Shown here: positions 56,193 through 56,241 of the stretch, one piece after another
Layout: every line of letters begins with the position of its first letter
Numbering within the stretch: position 1 is the first letter of the stretch
Virus record (IMG/VR): IMGVR_UViG_3300005764_001667
Coordinates: 1-56,241 of that record
Direction: 5' to 3' (one strand)
Source of the DNA: a virus
Lineage: Duplodnaviria > Caudoviricetes
Length of the DNA: 56,241 bases
Translations under genes and position numbers: made by a program
Notes under the pieces: model-generated
Databases searched by the model: none
Seen by the model: only the letters and a program-made list of their open reading frames with translations
What the model was told of the DNA's origin: nothing

Positions 56193-56241
56193 AAGTCATT
56201 CTATTTACGCCATGAATTCCGAAATGGCGCATCCCAATGTG

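Noticed and set aside
1-56241. Cellular chromosome origin
   Set aside because: Housekeeping-like genes are isolated among small hypotheticals and T4-like replication genes, with no host operon context; no structural genes lie in this window, so the phage call remains an inference

Overview
Gene-dense fragment of a large lytic (jumbo/'huge') T4-like phage genome, probably with a Planctomycetota host (inferred). It has a replication/recombination set: two gp32-like SSBs, a DnaB/gp41 helicase, UvsY-, UvsW- and Dda/RecD-like proteins, a family-A polymerase and a sigma-like protein. It also carries homing endonucleases, auxiliary metabolic genes (pyrB, glpX, amidinotransferase, dCMP deaminase, Hsp20, DUF350-ygiB-ygiC) and glycosyl/methyltransferases. 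The standout is a dispersed, consistently miniaturised translation/tRNA toolkit. LeuRS (427 aa), ValRS (463 aa) and ThrRS (400 aa) all lack their editing domains and MetRS is short. There is a ~247-nt RNase P RNA with a collapsed specificity domain, two tRNA-Leu genes (one with a 13-nt insert that can mask its anticodon), bS21, Tpt1/KptA and a PNK-like kinase. A leaderless Val-rich leader peptide plus hairpin looks like a valine-sensing attenuator for valS. The ORF track misses a CxxU selenoprotein (Rdx/SelW) with a SECIS-like hairpin, and there are two candidate structured ncRNAs. All family assignments come from motif recognition by eye, not from database searches.
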